A stretch of DNA of 64,000 nt from Pseudomonas aeruginosa PAO1 (GTDB lineage Bacteria > Pseudomonadota > Gammaproteobacteria > Pseudomonadales > Pseudomonadaceae): assembly GCF_000006765.1 (NCBI RefSeq), contig NC_002516.2; one strand, given 5' to 3'. Numbering within the stretch: the first letter of the stretch is position 1; every line of letters starts with the position of its first letter. Under the pieces are notes generated by a model that saw nothing but the letters and a program-made list of their open reading frames with translations, was not told where the DNA came from and made no database searches. Below are positions 61,125 through 64,000 of this stretch, in pieces. Both the position numbers and the translations under genes were made by a program.

Positions 61125-63285
61125 GAAAACCCCGGATAACGTCGTGATCCTCAACCACGACCCCATCGTCGACCCGTTGCGCCAGGGCTTGTTGCTGCTC
61201 TGCCGGCAGCTTGGCCGACCGCTCGGCGACGCCGAACTGGTGGACGGCATGCCGCTGGAGCACGGTCGCCTGCCGTTGCACCTGGTGGCCCGCGCGTTGC
61301 GCCGCGCCGACATCACCGCCCAGGTCACCCGCCAGCCGTTGCGCCGGATCGATCGCTACCTGCTGCCGGCCCTGCTGCTGCTCGACGACGGCCGCGCCCT
61401 GGTGCTGGTGGGCAACGACGGCGAGCACGCCGAGGTGCTGGTACCGCAGAGCGACGGCGGAAGCCAGAGGATGCCGCTGGCCGAGCTGGAAGCGCTGTAC
61501 AGCGGCACGGCGGTCTTCGCCAAGTGCCGCTACCGCCCGGACGGGCGGGTCGGCGACTACGCCAGCGCCTTGCCCGAACACTGGTTCTTCGGCCCGCTCA
61601 AGCGGCTCTGGCGTTCCTACGCCGAGGTCACCGCCGCGGCGTTGGTGGCCAACGTCCTGGCGGTCGCCTCGGCACTGTTCGCCATGCAGGTCTACGACCG
61701 CGTGGTGCCCAACGCGGCGTTCGACACCCTGTGGATCCTCGCCAGCGGCGTGGCCCTGGCGATCGTCCTCGACGGTGTCCTGCGGATCATGCGCGGCCAC
61801 CTGCTCAACGTGCTCGGCAAGCGCCTCGACCTGCAACTCTCGACCCTGCTGTTCTCCCGCGTGCTGAGCACCCGGGTCGCCGCCAAGCCGGCGTCGATGG
61901 GCGCCTTCAGTACCCAGGTGCGGGAGTTCGAGTCGGTGCGCGAGTTCTTTACCTCGTCCAGCGCGGCGCTGATCAGCGACCTGCCGTTCGTGGCGATCTT
62001 CCTGCTGATCATCGCCGTGATCGGCGGCCATGTGGTCTGGGTGCCGCTGGTGGCCTGCGTGCTGATGATCCTGCCGGGGCTGCTGACCCAGCGCCTGCTC
62101 GGCCACCTGTCGCGGCAGAACCTGCGCGAAGGGGCGATGAAGAACGGCGTGCTGCTGGAAGCCTTCGAGCACCTGGAGACGGTCAAGGCGACCCGCGCCG
62201 AAGGCCGCTGCCTGCACCAGTGGGAAACCCTGACCGGCGAACTGGCCGGTACGGCGATGAAGACCCATACTCTGGCCTCGACCCTGAGCTACTCGGCGAG
62301 CATCGTCCAGCAGCTCTGCTACGTCGGCGTGGTGGTCTTCGGCGTCTATCGGATCAGCGAGGGCGCGATGACCGTCGGCGGCCTGGTGGCCTGCTCGATC
62401 CTCGCCTCGCGGGCCATCGCACCGCTGTCGCAGGCGGCCGGCATCCTCGGTCGCTGGCAGCACACCAAGGTGGCGATGGAAGGCCTCGACCAACTGATGA
62501 GCGCCGAGCAGGAGCGACCCCAGGGCAAGCGCTTCGTGCACAAGGAGCGCCTGCAGGGACATTACCGCCTGGAGGGCGTGCGCCTGGCCCACGGCGACAG
62601 CCCGCCGGTGGTCGACGTGCAGGCCCTGAACATCCGCGCCGGCGAGCGGGTGGCGCTGCTCGGCGGCAACGGCGCCGGCAAGTCGACCCTGCTGCGCCTG
62701 CTCAGCGGCCTGCTCGACGCGCAGGCGGGACGCCTGCTGCTGGACGACGTCAGCCTGACCCAGATCGACCCGGCCGACCGCCAGCGCGGTATCGGCTACC
62801 TGCCGCAGGACGTGGCGCTGTTCCATGGCAGCCTGCGCGACAACCTCAACCTGGAGAACGCCGCGCTGGGCGACGAGGAACTGCTGGAGACCCTCGACGG
62901 GGTCGGCCTGGGCGCCTTCGTCCGCGGCCACCCGCTGGGGCTGGACATGCCGATCCAGGGCAACGCCAGCCTGTCCGGCGGCCAACGCCAGGCCGTCGGG
63001 CTGGCCCGGGTGCTGCTACAGGACCCTCCGATCCTGCTGCTCGACGAGCCGACCGCGGCCTTCGACCAGGGCAGCGAGAAACAGGTCATCGACTACCTGC
63101 AGCAATGGTTGGGCAAGCGCACCCTGGTCATCACCACCCACAAGAAAAGCATGCTCGCCCTGGTCGAGCGTGCGGTGGTCCTGCGCCAGGGCAGGGTGAT
63201 CATGGACGGCCCGCTGGAGCAGGTGGTGCAGGGCAACCAGGTACAGGCACCGCAGGCCGCCGAAGGAGGCAACCATGGACTCTGA
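61114..63285 (+). CDS. bapC: T1SS ABC transporter (C39-like domain + TMD + ATPase)
   Basis: LPALL, MQVYDRVVPN, GGNGAGKST, LSGGQRQ, LLLDEPT. Confidence 0.94.
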   Translation: MEAEKTPDNVVILNHDPIVDPLRQGLLLLCRQLGRPLGDAELVDGMPLEHGRLPLHLVARALRRADITAQVTRQPLRRIDRYLLPALLLLDDGRALVLVGNDGEHAEVLVPQSDGGSQRMPLAELEALYSGTAVFAKCRYRPDGRVGDYASALPEHWFFGPLKRLWRSYAEVTAAALVANVLAVASALFAMQVYDRVVPNAAFDTLWILASGVALAIVLDGVLRIMRGHLLNVLGKRLDLQLSTLLFSRVLSTRVAAKPASMGAFSTQVREFESVREFFTSSSAALISDLPFVAIFLLIIAVIGGHVVWVPLVACVLMILPGLLTQRLLGHLSRQNLREGAMKNGVLLEAFEHLETVKATRAEGRCLHQWETLTGELAGTAMKTHTLASTLSYSASIVQQLCYVGVVVFGVYRISEGAMTVGGLVACSILASRAIAPLSQAAGILGRWQHTKVAMEGLDQLMSAEQERPQGKRFVHKERLQGHYRLEGVRLAHGDSPPVVDVQALNIRAGERVALLGGNGAGKSTLLRLLSGLLDAQAGRLLLDDVSLTQIDPADRQRGIGYLPQDVALFHGSLRDNLNLENAALGDEELLETLDGVGLGAFVRGHPLGLDMPIQGNASLSGGQRQAVGLARVLLQDPPILLLDEPTAAFDQGSEKQVIDYLQQWLGKRTLVITTHKKSMLALVERAVVLRQGRVIMDGPLEQVVQGNQVQAPQAAEGGNHGL

Positions 63286-64000
63286 CCGCGACGCCGCCGC
63301 CCTGCGCCGGCAACTGGCCGACCCGTTGCTGGCGGCTACCCACCCGGTCTACCGGCCGCTGCTCTGGACCCTGCTCGGTTGCGTGCTGCTGTTCATCGGC
63401 TGGGCGGCCTGGGCGCAACTGGACGAGGTGACCCGCGGCGACGGTCGGGTCGTGCCGTTCAGCCGCATCCAGAAGATCCAGAGCCTGGAGGGCGGCATCC
63501 TCGACCGCCTGCTGGTGAAGGAGGGCGACCTGGTGGAAGTCGGCCAGCCGCTGGTGCGCCTCGACGAGACGCGCTTCCTCACCAACTTCCAGGAGTCGGC
63601 GAACCAGGCCAGCGTGCTGCGCGCGGCCATTGCCCGGCTCGACGCCGAGGTGCTAGGCAAGAAGAGCATCGAGTTCCCGCCGGACGTCGATCCCGAGGGG
63701 CCGCTGGCGCGTTCCGAACGCGAGCTGTTCAAGTCGCGCCGCGACAAACTGGTGGAGGGCACCCAGGCGATCCAGCGGCAGATCCACCTGGCGCAGAGCC
63801 AGCTCGACCTGGTTCGCCCGCTGGTGGCCAAGCGTGCGGTGAGCCAGATGGAGGCGCTCAAGCTGAGCCAGGACATCGCCACCCTCAGCGGCAAGCTGAC
63901 CGAGCTGAAAAGCACCTATTTCCAGGATGCCTATACCGAGCGCGCCCAGCGCAAGGCCGATCTCAGCGCCCTGGAACCGATCGTCCAGCAGCGCCAGGAC
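63275..64000 (+). CDS. bapD: HlyD-family membrane fusion protein (truncated by window end)
   Basis: GAAGGAGG RBS; MDSDRDAA..., TM, LDEVTRGDGRVVP..RIQKIQSLEGGIL..LLVKEGD.V..GQPL. Confidence 0.92.
   Translation, partial: MDSDRDAAALRRQLADPLLAATHPVYRPLLWTLLGCVLLFIGWAAWAQLDEVTRGDGRVVPFSRIQKIQSLEGGILDRLLVKEGDLVEVGQPLVRLDETRFLTNFQESANQASVLRAAIARLDAEVLGKKSIEFPPDVDPEGPLARSERELFKSRRDKLVEGTQAIQRQIHLAQSQLDLVRPLVAKRAVSQMEALKLSQDIATLSGKLTELKSTYFQDAYTERAQRKADLSALEPIVQQRQD

Overview
GC-rich, gene-dense core chromosome of Pseudomonas aeruginosa. Gene order and protein sequences match my recollection of the PAO1 PA1824-PA1877 region; this was not checked by alignment. There are about 57 supportable CDSs. Recognisable loci are cysI, metH, the T6SS effector-immunity pair tsi1-tse1, cti, nfuA, orphan cbb3 subunits ccoN3Q3, a chromosomal APH(6)/str, modABC, a FAN1-like nuclease plus Fe-S helicase pair, the orphan T2SS pair xphA-xqhA, quorum-controlled acp1 and lasA, and the bapABCD adhesin/type I secretion operon (cut by the window end). 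I saw no tRNA, rRNA, CRISPR array, transposase, integrase or prophage. Readable operator-like sites include a LexA box, two ModE-like boxes, two las/rhl boxes, tandem MetR boxes, a PsrA-like box, an IscR-like site and TetR/LysR dyads. The best candidates for under-described systems are: (1) an SOS-boxed two-gene DNA-repair module with two PD-(D/E)xK nucleases and an XPD/FANCJ-type Fe-S helicase; (2) a lipid-catabolic cluster that resembles the eukaryotic ACAD10/11-kinase + DHRS4 + SCP2 set and the P. putida Lva logic; (3) a SPOR-like tail on the secretin XqhA; (4) ccoN3Q3 linked to an HPP-CBS transporter as a possible nitrite module; (5) several small ORFs that are easy to miss. All domain calls are motif recognition by eye; no searches were run.
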